Part shown: positions 7,864 to 18,074 of the stretch, in pieces | Layout: every line of letters starts with the position of its first letter | Position numbering within the stretch: position 1 is the first letter of the stretch | Virus record (IMG/VR): IMGVR_UViG_3300010362_000007 | Location: 1-43,579 of that record | Length of the DNA stretch: 43,579 nucleotides | Reading direction: 5' to 3' (one strand) | Source: a virus | Lineage: Duplodnaviria; Caudoviricetes | The notes under the pieces: generated by a model | Database searches by the model: none | What the model was told of the DNA's origin: nothing | The model's input: the letters and a program-made list of their open reading frames with translations, nothing else | Program-made: the position numbers and the translations under genes

Positions 7864-9902
7864 TGGCCCCGCCCCGGTACACCGACTTGTTGAAGCGCTA
7901 CGTCTCGGAGATCAAACGGTCCAGCCGGTGGCGGGAGAACGAAGGCTACGACGACTTGTGGAAGCGAATGCGCGACCTGTATCGGGGTAAGCATCTGAAG
8001 ACCACCTCGACCAGCGACCAGCTGGTGGTCAACATGAGCTTCGCCACGATCAACGTGATCGCCCCCTCCGTGGCCGTGAACAACCCCAAGTTCACCGTGA
8101 TGGCCCGACGCCCCGAGTACGAGGTGCAGGCCATGTTTGCCGAAGAGGCGTTGAACTACCAGTGGCGCACCAACCGCTACCAGGACCAGTTTCGCCTATG
8201 CGTCACCGACTGGCTCGACTTCGGCCACGGCTGGATGAAGGTCGGCTACAAGTTCGTCACCGAGCCGAAGGTGGTGCGTTCGGACGAAGGTGACGACCCC
8301 TACGCCGTGGACACCGAAGGCGTCGATGACCGCGAACCCATCGAAGGCAACGTCGAGTCCGAGCGCAACATCATCGAGGACCGGCCCTACGCCGAACGCA
8401 TCTCACCGTGGGACATGTTCATCGACCCGGACGGCAAGACCCTCGATGTCGTGCGCTGGGTCGCCCAACGCATCCGTCGTCCGGTGGCCGACGTGCGCGT
8501 GGACAGCCGCTACTCCCCCAAGTACCGCAAAGAGGTCCAGCCCTCGATGACCAGCCGGTGGGAGCAAGGCTCCGGTTCCCAGCCCGACCCGACCGGGCTG
8601 GAGTCGCGCGACAACGGGTTCGTGGATGTCATCGAGTTCTACGACATGCGGCGCAAGACGATGAGCACGTTCTGCGAGAACTGCGAGGACGGGTTCTTGA
8701 TCAACCCGATCCCAATGCCCTACGCCTTCGGCCCACCGTTCCTGATGCTGCGCAACTACGAGGTGCCCGACGAGTTCTACCCGATGGGTGAGTTGGAGAG
8801 CATCGAGACGCTGCAGAACGAGCTGAACGAGACCCGCTCCCAGATGGTCAACCACCGCAAGAAGTACGCCCGCAAGTACCTCTACTTGGAAGATGCCTTC
8901 GATGACGTGGGGATCTCGGCGCTGACGGCCGAGGACGACAACACGATGGTCCCGGTCAACGCCGGGCAGGACGTGAACCGGGTGATCATCCCGATGCCTA
9001 CGGTGGGCACCCCGCCCGACTTCTACAACCAGTCCGAGATGATCCAGTCCGACATCGACCGGGTGTCGGGGGTGTCGGACTACATGCGCGGTGACATGCC
9101 CGACATCCGCCGCACCGCCACCGAGGCGGCGATGGTGCAAGACGCCCAGCAGTCCCGGGCTGCCGACAAGCTGTCCAAGGTCGAGGTCTTCCTGTCCCGG
9201 TTGGGGGAGCGGATCATCCAACTGATGCAGCAGTACATGACCGGCGAACAGGTGGTGCGGGTGATGGGATCCAACGCCGCCCCGGTGTGGCTCAACTTCG
9301 ACCGGGACTACATCCAAGGTCAGTTCGACTTCGAGGTCGAGGCTGGTTCGACCGAGCCGCAGAACGAGACCTTCAGGCGGCAAGCCGCGCTGCAGATGGT
9401 GGACGCGATGGCTCCGCTGGTGCAGGCCGGGGTGGTCAACCCGTCTGCGGTCGCTCGCCGGGTGCTGCAGTTTGGTTTCGGCGTGAAGGACCCCAACCTG
9501 TTTCTGCAAGAAGCGCCACCGCCCGAAGGCGCACCCGGGTCAGCGCCGCCCGGTGGACAGGGTGCGCCCGCCCCTGGTCCCTCCCCGGGCGGCGCACCCG
9601 GGATCCCGGCCGGACCGGGCCAGCCGCCACCTGAGCAGGCACCACTCGAACAGGCATCGCAGGCTGCTGCCGGTCAGCCTCCGCAGCCCGAGCTTTCTCC
9701 TGCTCAGATCGAACAGCTGCTCACCGAGATCCCGCCCCAGGTGTTGCAACAGTTGATGGCGATGCCCCCCGATCAGGTCACCGAGCTGGTCCGCGCCGGG
9801 CAGCTGCCCCCCGAGATCATCGACGTGCTGTCGTTCGTGCAGCAGCAGGAACAGCAGATGGGCGCGGCCCCGCCCGGTGGCCCGCCTGTCGCTGGTCCGT
9901 AA
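7863..9902 (+). CDS. Portal protein (P22-like) with Pro/Gln-rich C-terminal extension
   Basis: Start MAPPRY at 7863; FGHGWMKVGY, ERISPWDMFIDP, IDRVSGVSDYMRG..RRTATEA motifs; position after terL. Confidence 0.92.
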   Translation: MAPPRYTDLLKRYVSEIKRSSRWRENEGYDDLWKRMRDLYRGKHLKTTSTSDQLVVNMSFATINVIAPSVAVNNPKFTVMARRPEYEVQAMFAEEALNYQWRTNRYQDQFRLCVTDWLDFGHGWMKVGYKFVTEPKVVRSDEGDDPYAVDTEGVDDREPIEGNVESERNIIEDRPYAERISPWDMFIDPDGKTLDVVRWVAQRIRRPVADVRVDSRYSPKYRKEVQPSMTSRWEQGSGSQPDPTGLESRDNGFVDVIEFYDMRRKTMSTFCENCEDGFLINPIPMPYAFGPPFLMLRNYEVPDEFYPMGELESIETLQNELNETRSQMVNHRKKYARKYLYLEDAFDDVGISALTAEDDNTMVPVNAGQDVNRVIIPMPTVGTPPDFYNQSEMIQSDIDRVSGVSDYMRGDMPDIRRTATEAAMVQDAQQSRAADKLSKVEVFLSRLGERIIQLMQQYMTGEQVVRVMGSNAAPVWLNFDRDYIQGQFDFEVEAGSTEPQNETFRRQAALQMVDAMAPLVQAGVVNPSAVARRVLQFGFGVKDPNLFLQEAPPPEGAPGSAPPGGQGAPAPGPSPGGAPGIPAGPGQPPPEQAPLEQASQAAAGQPPQPELSPAQIEQLLTEIPPQVLQQLMAMPPDQVTELVRAGQLPPEIIDVLSFVQQQEQQMGAAPPGGPPVAGP

Positions 9903-9966
9903 GGACTTGTGCCCTCAGGCCAGGGGGGACAATCGGAACTCCATGTGAGCAACCGAAAGGACTCAC

Positions 9967-10734
9967 ATGTCCGACGAGCCAGTTTCTGGCGAACTAGCCG
10001 AGGAATCCGCCCCCACGGAAGGGACAGGCGAGGCCGAGGCAACCCCTGAACGCACCTACCTCGACACCGATGGCGTCTCGGACCATTACGTCCGAGTCAA
10101 AGTCGATGGGCAGGACACCGAGGTTCCGCTTTCCGAAGCGCTCTCGGGCTACAGCCGACAGCAGGACTACACCCGCAAGACGCAGCAGCTCGCAGATCAG
10201 CAGAGGGAACTGCAATTCGCCTTCACGCTGCAACAGGCGTTGGAGAACAACCCGCAGGCCACCCTGCGTCTTCTCCAAGAGCAATACGGCCAGCAGTACC
10301 AACAGGGCGAAGAAGAGGACTGGACCGAGCTGGACCCCGTGGAGCAGAAGCTCCGCGACTACGAACAGCGCTTCTCCTACCTCGAACAGCAACAGGCGAA
10401 CCAAGAGCTACAGGTCGCAATCAGGGTGCTCCACGAACGGTATGGCGAGGACTTCGACCCCCCCGCCGTCGTCCAACGGGCCGCAGCGCAAGGACGGATG
10501 GACCTCGAAGGCGTCTACAAAGAGATGGCCTTCGAGAAGTACTGGGCCAACCAACAGGCTCAGACCCAGACCGCCAAGCAGCGGGAAGCGGAAGACGCGG
10601 CACGTGTGGCAGCGAAGTCTCAGGTGCCCGCCCACATTGGTTCCAGTGTGAACGGTGCCGTCGCGGAGTCAGCCCCGATCACGTCCCTCGCTGACGCCTT
10701 CTACGAAGCAAAGCGCCAGCTGGGCATCGAATAG
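9967..10734 (+). CDS. Capsid scaffolding protein
   Basis: Acidic N-terminus, VKVDGQDTEVPLSEALSGYSRQQDYTRKTQ motif, coiled coil; directly upstream of the capsid gene. Confidence 0.88.
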   Translation: MSDEPVSGELAEESAPTEGTGEAEATPERTYLDTDGVSDHYVRVKVDGQDTEVPLSEALSGYSRQQDYTRKTQQLADQQRELQFAFTLQQALENNPQATLRLLQEQYGQQYQQGEEEDWTELDPVEQKLRDYEQRFSYLEQQQANQELQVAIRVLHERYGEDFDPPAVVQRAAAQGRMDLEGVYKEMAFEKYWANQQAQTQTAKQREAEDAARVAAKSQVPAHIGSSVNGAVAESAPITSLADAFYEAKRQLGIE

Positions 10735-10775
10735 CCGACTCCGGGTCACCCGGGGCGGCAGATAGGTGACCTCAC

Positions 10776-11753
10776 ATGGCTTTGGGTAACACCAAGTTCG
10801 ACTCCCTGTTGAGCACCACGCTCGACAACTATCGCAAGACCCTCACCGACAACGTGTTCAAGGCCCGGCCACTGCTGTGGTGGCTGACCGAGAAGAACAG
10901 GGTCCGCAAGCTCTCCGGTGGTGTCACCATCGTGGAGCCGCTGCTCATCGCAGAAGGCCAGGCCGGGTCCTACGGCGAATGGGACGCCATCCAGATCATC
11001 CCCCAAGAAGGGATCTCCGCAGCCCAGTACCCGTGGCGACAGCTGTTCGCCACCATCGCCATCTCCGGTCTGGAAGAGGCTCAGAACAACGGCGAAGAGC
11101 AGGTGATCAACCTGCTCGAAGCGAAGGTGAAGCAGGCCGAAGAGACCCTGAAGAACCGGCTGTCCGCAATGTCCTACGCCGATGGGACGGGCAACTCGGG
11201 CAAGGACTTCCAAGGTCTGGCGTTGCTGGTCAACAGCACCGGCATCGTCGGTGGCATCGACTCGGCGGCAGCCGAGAACGCCTGGTGGCGGTCCTACGTC
11301 GGTACGGCGACCGGCGCGATTGCCGACAAGACCAAGCTTCAACCGGCGATGACGACCGCCTACAACACGGTGTCCAACGGCAACGACGTGGTTGACGGCA
11401 TCTTCGCCGCCCAAGGGGCGTACGAGTTGTACGAGGCCACGCTCACCCCCAACGTCCGGTATCAGGACGTGAAGTCGGCCAACGCCGGGTTCTCCACCCT
11501 CATGTTCAAGCAGTGCGCGATGTACTGGGATCGGGCCTGCCCGGCGAACACGATGTACGGACTCAACTCGACCTACATCGGAATGGTCGGCCACACCGAC
11601 CGGTGGATGAAGCAGTCCCCGTTCTCCGATGGCCTGTCGGCCCAGGCGGGCGGCAACGCCACCACCGTGGACGCCCGGTACTCGATCATCACCGCGTTCG
11701 GGAACATGACCGTCCGCAACCGGTCGATGCACTTCAAGCTCAACGTGACGTGA
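10776..11753 (+). CDS. Major capsid protein
   Basis: 325 aa; LSTTLDNYRKTLTDNVF, AISGLEEAQNNGEEQVINLLEAK, DGTGNSGKDFQGL; follows the scaffold gene. Confidence 0.93.
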   Translation: MALGNTKFDSLLSTTLDNYRKTLTDNVFKARPLLWWLTEKNRVRKLSGGVTIVEPLLIAEGQAGSYGEWDAIQIIPQEGISAAQYPWRQLFATIAISGLEEAQNNGEEQVINLLEAKVKQAEETLKNRLSAMSYADGTGNSGKDFQGLALLVNSTGIVGGIDSAAAENAWWRSYVGTATGAIADKTKLQPAMTTAYNTVSNGNDVVDGIFAAQGAYELYEATLTPNVRYQDVKSANAGFSTLMFKQCAMYWDRACPANTMYGLNSTYIGMVGHTDRWMKQSPFSDGLSAQAGGNATTVDARYSIITAFGNMTVRNRSMHFKLNVT

Positions 11754-11755
11754 GC

Positions 11756-11772
11756 TGAATCGGATTGATTCA
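11756..11772. promoter_or_regulatory. Palindromic box
   Basis: TGAATC GGATT GATTCA, 2 nt after the capsid stop. Confidence 0.8.
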
Positions 11773-11834
11773 ACCCGGTCTGTCCTCCGCACCTTCCCCC
11801 TTCGTGTCGCACCCTGGGGGACAGACCGGGTTTC
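11772..11834 (+). terminator. Inverted repeat / probable terminator after the capsid gene
   Basis: AACCCGGTCTGTCC...GGACAGACCGGGTT 14-bp stem ending in a short T run. Confidence 0.5.
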
Positions 11835-11838
11835 AGAT

Positions 11839-12012
11839 GTGACGGATGAGCTGCCCGAAGGCATCGCCAAGGTCGTCGGATTCTGGGGGGAACCGAAGGA
11901 CGACATCAAGCTCGCCCACACCGTTGGCGAGGTCGAACACATCGTGGACGACGGGATCCCGTACATGGGCGACAAACCCAGACGCATCAAGCGGACGGTC
12001 GATGAGGAATGA
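11839..12012 (+). CDS. Small hypothetical virion-module protein (57 aa, below the ORF-track cutoff)
   Basis: GTG start, MTDELPEGIAKVVGFWGEPKDD...; ends with an ATGA overlap into the next gene. Confidence 0.65.
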   Translation: MTDELPEGIAKVVGFWGEPKDDIKLAHTVGEVEHIVDDGIPYMGDKPRRIKRTVDEE

Positions 12013-12692
12013 ACGTCGATCAGATCCGGGTGTTCGTTCGCACTCAGCTGGACCTGGACGAAGAGGACCTACCCAACCCGCTGCTTGACGTGTACATCCG
12101 CTCGGGCTTCGAGCAGATCATCAACATCGAGACCCGCTGGCCGTTCTACGAACAGATGTGGCTGGGCCAGACTGCCGTGGCCGGGGTCATGCCGCTCCCA
12201 GCCGAGGTGCGCGAGATCGTGTCGGTGATCGGACCCAATGGGCTGATGACCAAACTTGACGAGTTGCACGTCGAGCGGGCCTTCGCCCCCTACTCGTCGT
12301 CGGGCGGGGCCACCGCCGCCCAGTTCTGGTCCCAGATCGGGACCAACTTGTATTTCTGGCCCGGCGTGCCCAGCCCGGTCAACTACGACCTGCGCGGTTT
12401 CCGCCAACCCACCGATTGGGTGTCGCAAGGGGCCGGGGCCGAGGTCGATGCCGACACCCGTCTGCACCTGCCGTTGGTCTGGTACTGCTGCGCCGTTGCC
12501 TACGCCCAGCAGGAAGACGAGGTTCTCGAACAGACCTACATGAACCGTTTCCGCGACGAGGCCACCCGTGCCGCCGAAGCGGTGATGCGGGTGTGGACCG
12601 GCCAGCCCAAGATCCTCAACGCCTACCGGTCGCCTGCGGGTGAGTACCAGCCGGTGCGGCCACCGGTCGTCTTCAACGTGCCGGGGCCGTAA
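12009..12692 (+). CDS. Head-tail adaptor / tail tubular protein A-like
   Basis: 227 aa; N-terminal IRVFVRTQLD..LLDVYIRSG..RWPFYE, LYFWP, HLPLVWY; position after capsid. Confidence 0.7.
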   Translation: MNVDQIRVFVRTQLDLDEEDLPNPLLDVYIRSGFEQIINIETRWPFYEQMWLGQTAVAGVMPLPAEVREIVSVIGPNGLMTKLDELHVERAFAPYSSSGGATAAQFWSQIGTNLYFWPGVPSPVNYDLRGFRQPTDWVSQGAGAEVDADTRLHLPLVWYCCAVAYAQQEDEVLEQTYMNRFRDEATRAAEAVMRVWTGQPKILNAYRSPAGEYQPVRPPVVFNVPGP

Positions 12693-14311
12693 TGGTCAAC
12701 CGGCTGCAAGCAGTCAACGTGATGGACTTCACGGGCGGGCTGAACCTCTACAGCGACGCCGCCATGCTGTTGGAGAACGAGGTTCCCGAGCTGCTCAACA
12801 TGGAGCCGTTGGCTCGGGGCGGGGTGCGCACCCGGCGAGGCTGGCAGCGCTGGAACCCGGATCCGGTGCCGACCACGGCGTGGAACCCGCGTGCTGCCTA
12901 CCTGCACGTGTCGGCCAACGGCGAGACCTGCGTGCTGCTGGCCAACGACACCAAGCTGTGGTGCGGGGACCGGGGCGTGTTCGAGCAAGAAGGCACCGTC
13001 GTTGCCGACGCCAAACCGCACGGGGCCGACTTCGTGTCGTGGGACGACTACGTGCGCATCGCCTGCGGTCGGGACCGTCCAGGCGTGCGTTACCACCCGA
13101 ACAGCGGAGCACTGCTCAACCTCACCCCCTCGGGGGGAGCCAACTGGCAGAACGACTATTCCCAGCCCGGCACCGGCACTAACCAACCGCAGGCCGAGAT
13201 CGTCGCCCAACACGCCGGGTACCTGTTCGTCGCCAACACCAAAGAGGCCGGGACCTACTACCCGACCCGGATCCGCTGGTCCCATCCCAACAACCCCAAC
13301 GCCTGGGCGCAGACCGACTACGCCGACATCACCGAAGGTGGCGGCTACATCACCTCGATCACCCCGTTCTCGGACCGGCTCTTGATCTTCAAGTCCGACT
13401 CGTTGTGGGCGCTCTTCGGCTACGAGGCCGAAACCTGGGAGTTCACCAACATCTCCCGCACCATCGGCGCGATCCACCCTCAGGCGATCACCCGCTCCGA
13501 ATCGACCTGCTGGTTCCTCTCCTGGCCCCAGGGCGTCTTCGCCTACACCGACCGCGGCGTGCAGGAGATCAGTCTCAACATCCGCCCTGTGTTCATCGAC
13601 AATCAGATCATCCGGGCCTCGCTCGACAACGTGTTCTTGGGCTGGATGAACCGGCGTCTGTGGGTCTCATTGCCCTATCTGGCAGACGGCGGGGCCACCG
13701 ACGCCACCAGTGCATTCGTCTTCGACTTCGAGGTGGGCCAAGGCGCATGGATGCAGTTCCGGGGGGCCGATGGCCTCGCCCCGGGACCGTACATGGAACG
13801 TCCGGTCTCGGATCTCGACGTGCCGATGTTGGCCTTCTCCCGCGCTCAGAAGCACGCCATCCAACTCGATGCTCGCGAGAACGCCACCGATCTCGTCAAC
13901 GGCACCGGACCCCAACCGTTCATCCCGGTGATCCGCACCCGCTGGATCGACGCCGGGGCACCCACCCACCGCAAGTCGTGGCGTCGCCCCGACTTCCTGG
14001 TCACGGCCAATCAGGTCGAGACCGAACTGCAAGTCCAGGTCTTCCACAACCTCGACCACGTGACCCCGCAACGGGCGTTCACGGTCAGTTTCACTCCCGC
14101 CGACACCACCCCGTTGTGGAACCACTTCAACTGGAACGACGGCACCGTCTACCGGCGTGGTCAGCCCACCACCTCCATTGAACGGGGGGCGACGATGGGC
14201 CGGGCCGGGGCGATCCAGGTCCGCACCACCACCGCCCCGGCCACGTCGCTGGGCAAGTCGTGGGGGTTCGACGGGATCATCACCAAGTTCATCCCCCGGA
14301 GGTTCCGATGA
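12692..14311 (+). CDS. Tail nozzle / tubular protein B-like (beta-propeller)
   Basis: DFTGGLN N-terminus, RIRWSHPNNPNAW, LLIFKSDSLW: pattern of P22 gp10 / T7 gp12-like proteins. Confidence 0.78.
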   Translation: MVNRLQAVNVMDFTGGLNLYSDAAMLLENEVPELLNMEPLARGGVRTRRGWQRWNPDPVPTTAWNPRAAYLHVSANGETCVLLANDTKLWCGDRGVFEQEGTVVADAKPHGADFVSWDDYVRIACGRDRPGVRYHPNSGALLNLTPSGGANWQNDYSQPGTGTNQPQAEIVAQHAGYLFVANTKEAGTYYPTRIRWSHPNNPNAWAQTDYADITEGGGYITSITPFSDRLLIFKSDSLWALFGYEAETWEFTNISRTIGAIHPQAITRSESTCWFLSWPQGVFAYTDRGVQEISLNIRPVFIDNQIIRASLDNVFLGWMNRRLWVSLPYLADGGATDATSAFVFDFEVGQGAWMQFRGADGLAPGPYMERPVSDLDVPMLAFSRAQKHAIQLDARENATDLVNGTGPQPFIPVIRTRWIDAGAPTHRKSWRRPDFLVTANQVETELQVQVFHNLDHVTPQRAFTVSFTPADTTPLWNHFNWNDGTVYRRGQPTTSIERGATMGRAGAIQVRTTTAPATSLGKSWGFDGIITKFIPRRFR

Positions 14312-15108
14312 CGCTGATCCTGCCCAACGACATCGAAGCGGACACTGCCGCCGATGCCGTCGAGCTGCAACAGAACTACGACGCCATCGAGAACTACATC
14401 AACGCCGAGGTAATCAACCGCAGCGGGCAGGTGGCGATGACCAACCCGCTGTTGCTCTCGGGGCCACCGACTGCGGCCAGCCACGCTGCCACCAAGGGCT
14501 ACGTCGATGGTCAGATCACCAGTGTCGGTGACACCCGGTACGTGAACACGGCGGGTGACACGATGACCGGTGACCTGATCGTCGGTGGCGATCCGGCCGC
14601 GGACCTGGCCGGTGTCCATCTGGCCGAGACCGGACGCATCTACGAGAAACTGAACCAGGCCAACGGCAACATCCCCAACCTCGAACTCTCCCGTGTCCAG
14701 TTCGGCGGCGGGGTTCATCTGGTCAACTTCCTGGTCGGGTCCGGAGGTTCACTGGTCGGCTCGATCACCAGCGTCTCGGGCAGCTCCATCGCCTACAACA
14801 CGACCTCGGACCAACGGTTGAAAGAACGAGTCGGAGACGCCGACGACGCCCTGGACCTGGTGAATCAACTTGGTTCAGTCGTGTACCGGGGTCGCTGGAT
14901 TGCCGACCAGGGCCAGGGCGAAGAGTGGGTGTTCGTCAACTCCCAAGACGCCGAAGGTCTGGTCCCGTTCGCCGTGACCGGAGACCCAACCGGTGTGGAC
15001 GAGGAAGGCAACATCCGTCCCCAACAGTTCGATCACAGCTCGCTCGTGCCGTTGCTACTGGCCGCGGTGTCCCAGCTCAGCGCCCGAGTGCAGGCGTTGG
15101 AGGCGTAG
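14308..15108 (+). CDS. Tail fibre/spike with C-terminal intramolecular chaperone (peptidase S74-like)
   Basis: Start MTLILP at 14308; AATKGYVD; YNTTSDQRLKE autocleavage motif; C-terminal coiled coil. Confidence 0.8.
   Translation: MTLILPNDIEADTAADAVELQQNYDAIENYINAEVINRSGQVAMTNPLLLSGPPTAASHAATKGYVDGQITSVGDTRYVNTAGDTMTGDLIVGGDPAADLAGVHLAETGRIYEKLNQANGNIPNLELSRVQFGGGVHLVNFLVGSGGSLVGSITSVSGSSIAYNTTSDQRLKERVGDADDALDLVNQLGSVVYRGRWIADQGQGEEWVFVNSQDAEGLVPFAVTGDPTGVDEEGNIRPQQFDHSSLVPLLLAAVSQLSARVQALEA
14861..14877. promoter_or_regulatory. Degenerate palindromic box inside a CDS
   Basis: TGAATC AACTT GGTTCA (1 mismatch). Confidence 0.5.
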
Positions 15109-15710
15109 TGCCCGGCACGACTGAGCTGCGCTCGATCTACTCGGGGCCGATCCGACGCGCCCTCACCCGTCTTGACGCTCGGATCAACAACATCGAGGGA
15201 TCCGGTGGGGTGCCTGGCCCGCCCGGACCTCCCGGCCCGCCCGGTGATGACGGTGGCCCCGGGCCACCCGGACCACTCGGATCGTCATACCGGCAACTGG
15301 TCGGAGGCGCGCTCACCCAAGTCGTCACTCACAATTTGGGGAGCCGCGACGTGCAAGTCGAGGTGTACCGCAACGCCGACCCGTGGGACCGCATCGACTG
15401 CGACATCTTGCACACTGACGCCAACACGGTGACGGTCGGCTTCTTGAACGTGCCCCCGGCCAACGGATATGTCGTCAACGTCATCCTTGGCACTCCCGGC
15501 AGTGGCGGCGCGCAGACCCTCGGCTACACCCACGTCCAGTCCAGTCCGGCCTCGGTCTGGACGGTGAACCACACGCTCACCTTCGAGCCGAACGTGAGCA
15601 TCGTGGACTCGGCCAACGACGAGGTTGAAGGCGACGTGCGTCACGTCAGCGCGACTCAGCTCGTGCTCACGTTCACCGCCGCGTTCAGCGGAAAGGCGTA
15701 CCTGTCGTAA
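15108..15710 (+). CDS. Collagen-repeat minor tail/fibre protein
   Basis: GTG overlapping the upstream TAG; (GPP)n collagen stretch; THNLG and WTVNHTL beta domains. Confidence 0.75.
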   Translation: MPGTTELRSIYSGPIRRALTRLDARINNIEGSGGVPGPPGPPGPPGDDGGPGPPGPLGSSYRQLVGGALTQVVTHNLGSRDVQVEVYRNADPWDRIDCDILHTDANTVTVGFLNVPPANGYVVNVILGTPGSGGAQTLGYTHVQSSPASVWTVNHTLTFEPNVSIVDSANDEVEGDVRHVSATQLVLTFTAAFSGKAYLS

Positions 15711-16831
15711 TGGCCCGCAAGTTCCTCACCGCTGTTGACCTGGCCAAGAATGAACTGCAGAACCCCCAGGTCCACAACCTCGCCGCGGCCCCGTCATCCC
15801 CGGTGAAGGGGCAGTTGTACATGAACACCACCGACAACACGCTGTACTGGTGGGACGGTTCGACGTGGCAGGGAGCCAAAGGCAGCGCTCCAACGTTCGG
15901 CACGATCACCCAGGAGCAAACGTTCGGGGCCACGAAGACGGACGGCGTTGCTTCCACCGTGGCTCGTTCCGACCACGGGCACGGCAACCCAGTCCACGAC
16001 AACGCCGCCCACTCTGCGGTCAACCTGAGCGCTCTCGCCGTACCGACTGCGGCGATCAACATGAACGGGCAGTACATCCAGAACTTGCTCACCCCGGTCG
16101 GGGCCAGCGATGCGGCGACCAAGAGCTACGTGGACTCGGCTGCCCAAGGACTCGACGGCAAGCCATCGGTGATCGCAGCCACCACCGCCAACATCACCCT
16201 GTCGGGTACTCAGACCGTGGACGGCATTGCCCTCGTCGCCACCAATCGCTGCCTGGTCAAGAACCAGACCACCACGTCACAGAACGGCATCTACGACGTG
16301 GCCGCAGGAGCGTGGACCCGTTCTGGCGACGCGGACATCTGGACTGAACTGGTCAGCGCTTACGTCTGGGTCGAGCAGGGCACCACGAATGCCGACACCG
16401 GCTGGCTCTGCACCGTGGACCCCGGTGGCACCCTCAACACCACCGCCGTCACTTGGACCCAGTTCTCCGGGGCCGGGCAGATCACTTCGGGAGCCGGTCT
16501 CACCAAGACCGGCAACACCCTCGATGTTGGCGCGGGCACCGGGATCACCGTCGCTGCCGACACCGTGGCCCTCGATACCGCGTACGCCGATGGTCGGTAC
16601 GCCCTTGCCGCGGCGGGGGCCAAGCGTTACGCCGTCGATGTCGGAGGGGCCACCAGCCAGGTCATCACCCACAACCTCAACACCCTCGACTGCATCGTTC
16701 AGCTGTACCGCAAAGCCAGCCCGTTCGATCAGATCGAGTGCGACGTGGAGCACACCTCGACCACCACGGCGACGGTGCGGTTCACCACTGCGCCCGCCGC
16801 AGCCGAGTACCGGGCAGTGGTGCTGGCATGA
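15710..16831 (+). CDS. Tail fibre protein
   Basis: DAATKSYVD, ATTANITLSGTQTVDG..RCLVKNQT..QNGIY..WTRSGDAD fibre domain; C-terminal THNL domain. Confidence 0.82.
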   Translation: MARKFLTAVDLAKNELQNPQVHNLAAAPSSPVKGQLYMNTTDNTLYWWDGSTWQGAKGSAPTFGTITQEQTFGATKTDGVASTVARSDHGHGNPVHDNAAHSAVNLSALAVPTAAINMNGQYIQNLLTPVGASDAATKSYVDSAAQGLDGKPSVIAATTANITLSGTQTVDGIALVATNRCLVKNQTTTSQNGIYDVAAGAWTRSGDADIWTELVSAYVWVEQGTTNADTGWLCTVDPGGTLNTTAVTWTQFSGAGQITSGAGLTKTGNTLDVGAGTGITVAADTVALDTAYADGRYALAAAGAKRYAVDVGGATSQVITHNLNTLDCIVQLYRKASPFDQIECDVEHTSTTTATVRFTTAPAAAEYRAVVLA

Positions 16832-17778
16832 CCCGCAAGTACCTCACCCCCATTGTCTTGCCCGCCGACCCCGCGGCGGCGTTGGAGGCTGCCACCAAAC
16901 AGTATGTGGACGCCAAAGCCAAGAGCGCGGCGCAGTCCACCTTCCAGTGGAACACCACGACCACGATGGCCGATCCCGGCAGCGGGTACATGCGGGCCAA
17001 CGCCGCACCGGCCTCGGCCACCCAGCTCGCCGTGTCGATCTACGACGTGGACGGAACCGCCCGCATCTCGCTGCTCGAACTCGAAGCGGGCGACAAGATC
17101 GCCCTGTACTACGACAACGACCTCAGCCGGTACGTCAAGTACGTCCTGTCGGGGGCGATCACCAACAACGCAAACACCTGGATACAGATTCCGGTCACCC
17201 TCGACACTTCCAGCGGGACCTACGCCCCCTCCAACAACCAGCGGATCACCGCGATCTGGTCGGCCACTGCCGGTGGTGCCGGTGCCTACCTTCCGTTGTC
17301 GGGTGGCACCCTCACCGGGTTGTTGACGCTCAGCAACAGCGCCAGCGCCGAGTCACTGAAGTTGACCCGACAGGTCGTGACGACCACTTCTCCGTACATC
17401 GGGCTGTACGGCTCCGGGGGTGTCCGCAGGGGTTACTTCGGTGTGTCCTCCGATCTGGACCTGACGCTGCTGTCCGACAGCGGCGTGATAAAGGCCCAGC
17501 CCTCGGTCAATGGTCTCGTGGCACTCGCGTCGGGAGTCACAACTATCACCGCGTCCGGTTCCCCTGCCGCCGCGTCGGCGGCGGTCACATTCCCCGCAGG
17601 ACGATTCTCTACTACGCCCGCCGTGACCACCACCATGAACGGCGGCTCCAACGTTCACATCAGTGGTGTCTCAGGTGTCACCAGTTCTGGGTGCAACGTC
17701 ACTGTCTTTCGTCGTGATGGTGCCGGGGTTGCCAACGGTAACTACGGGATCAACTGGATCGCTGTCGAGACCGCGTAA
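16828..17778 (+). CDS. Tail fibre / receptor-binding protein
   Basis: Start MTRKYLT at 16828; EAATKQYVD, YLPLSGGTLTG; C-terminal VTFPAGRFSTTPAV..INWIA domain. Confidence 0.8.
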   Translation: MTRKYLTPIVLPADPAAALEAATKQYVDAKAKSAAQSTFQWNTTTTMADPGSGYMRANAAPASATQLAVSIYDVDGTARISLLELEAGDKIALYYDNDLSRYVKYVLSGAITNNANTWIQIPVTLDTSSGTYAPSNNQRITAIWSATAGGAGAYLPLSGGTLTGLLTLSNSASAESLKLTRQVVTTTSPYIGLYGSGGVRRGYFGVSSDLDLTLLSDSGVIKAQPSVNGLVALASGVTTITASGSPAAASAAVTFPAGRFSTTPAVTTTMNGGSNVHISGVSGVTSSGCNVTVFRRDGAGVANGNYGINWIAVETA

Positions 17779-17787
17779 GGAGGACCC

Positions 17788-18060
17788 ATGGGTTACTGGG
17801 ACCAATCGTTGCTCTCCAACGACGACGACTTCATCCAACGCGTCGCCGCCTGCGCTGCCGTTGAGGTCACCCTGCCCGACTTCATGTCACCGTTGGGGTG
17901 GGCCAACGAGAACATCTGGCTCGTCGCCGCTGCCCCCGGCTTCGCTGACGCCTATAGCTCGGCCATCGCTGGGAACGTTCCCACTCCTGGACGTGATCCT
18001 TCGGTCATCTCCGACGCTCAAATCCTCGCTGCCGTGCAAGCACTACTTGTCCAACCCTGA
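17788..18060 (+). CDS. Hypothetical protein (fibre-associated)
   Basis: 90 aa; AGGAGG RBS. Confidence 0.75.
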   Translation: MGYWDQSLLSNDDDFIQRVAACAAVEVTLPDFMSPLGWANENIWLVAAAPGFADAYSSAIAGNVPTPGRDPSVISDAQILAAVQALLVQP

Positions 18061-18074
18061 ATCAGGTTGATTCA
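18058..18074. promoter_or_regulatory. Palindromic box spanning an entire intergenic gap
   Basis: TGAATC AGGTT GATTCA: the first TGA is the upstream stop, the last A is the A of the downstream ATG. Confidence 0.8.

Noticed and set aside
14308-17778. Diversity-generating retroelement or invertible fibre cassette
   Set aside because: No reverse transcriptase, no TR/VR pair and no invertase or inverted fibre copies seen
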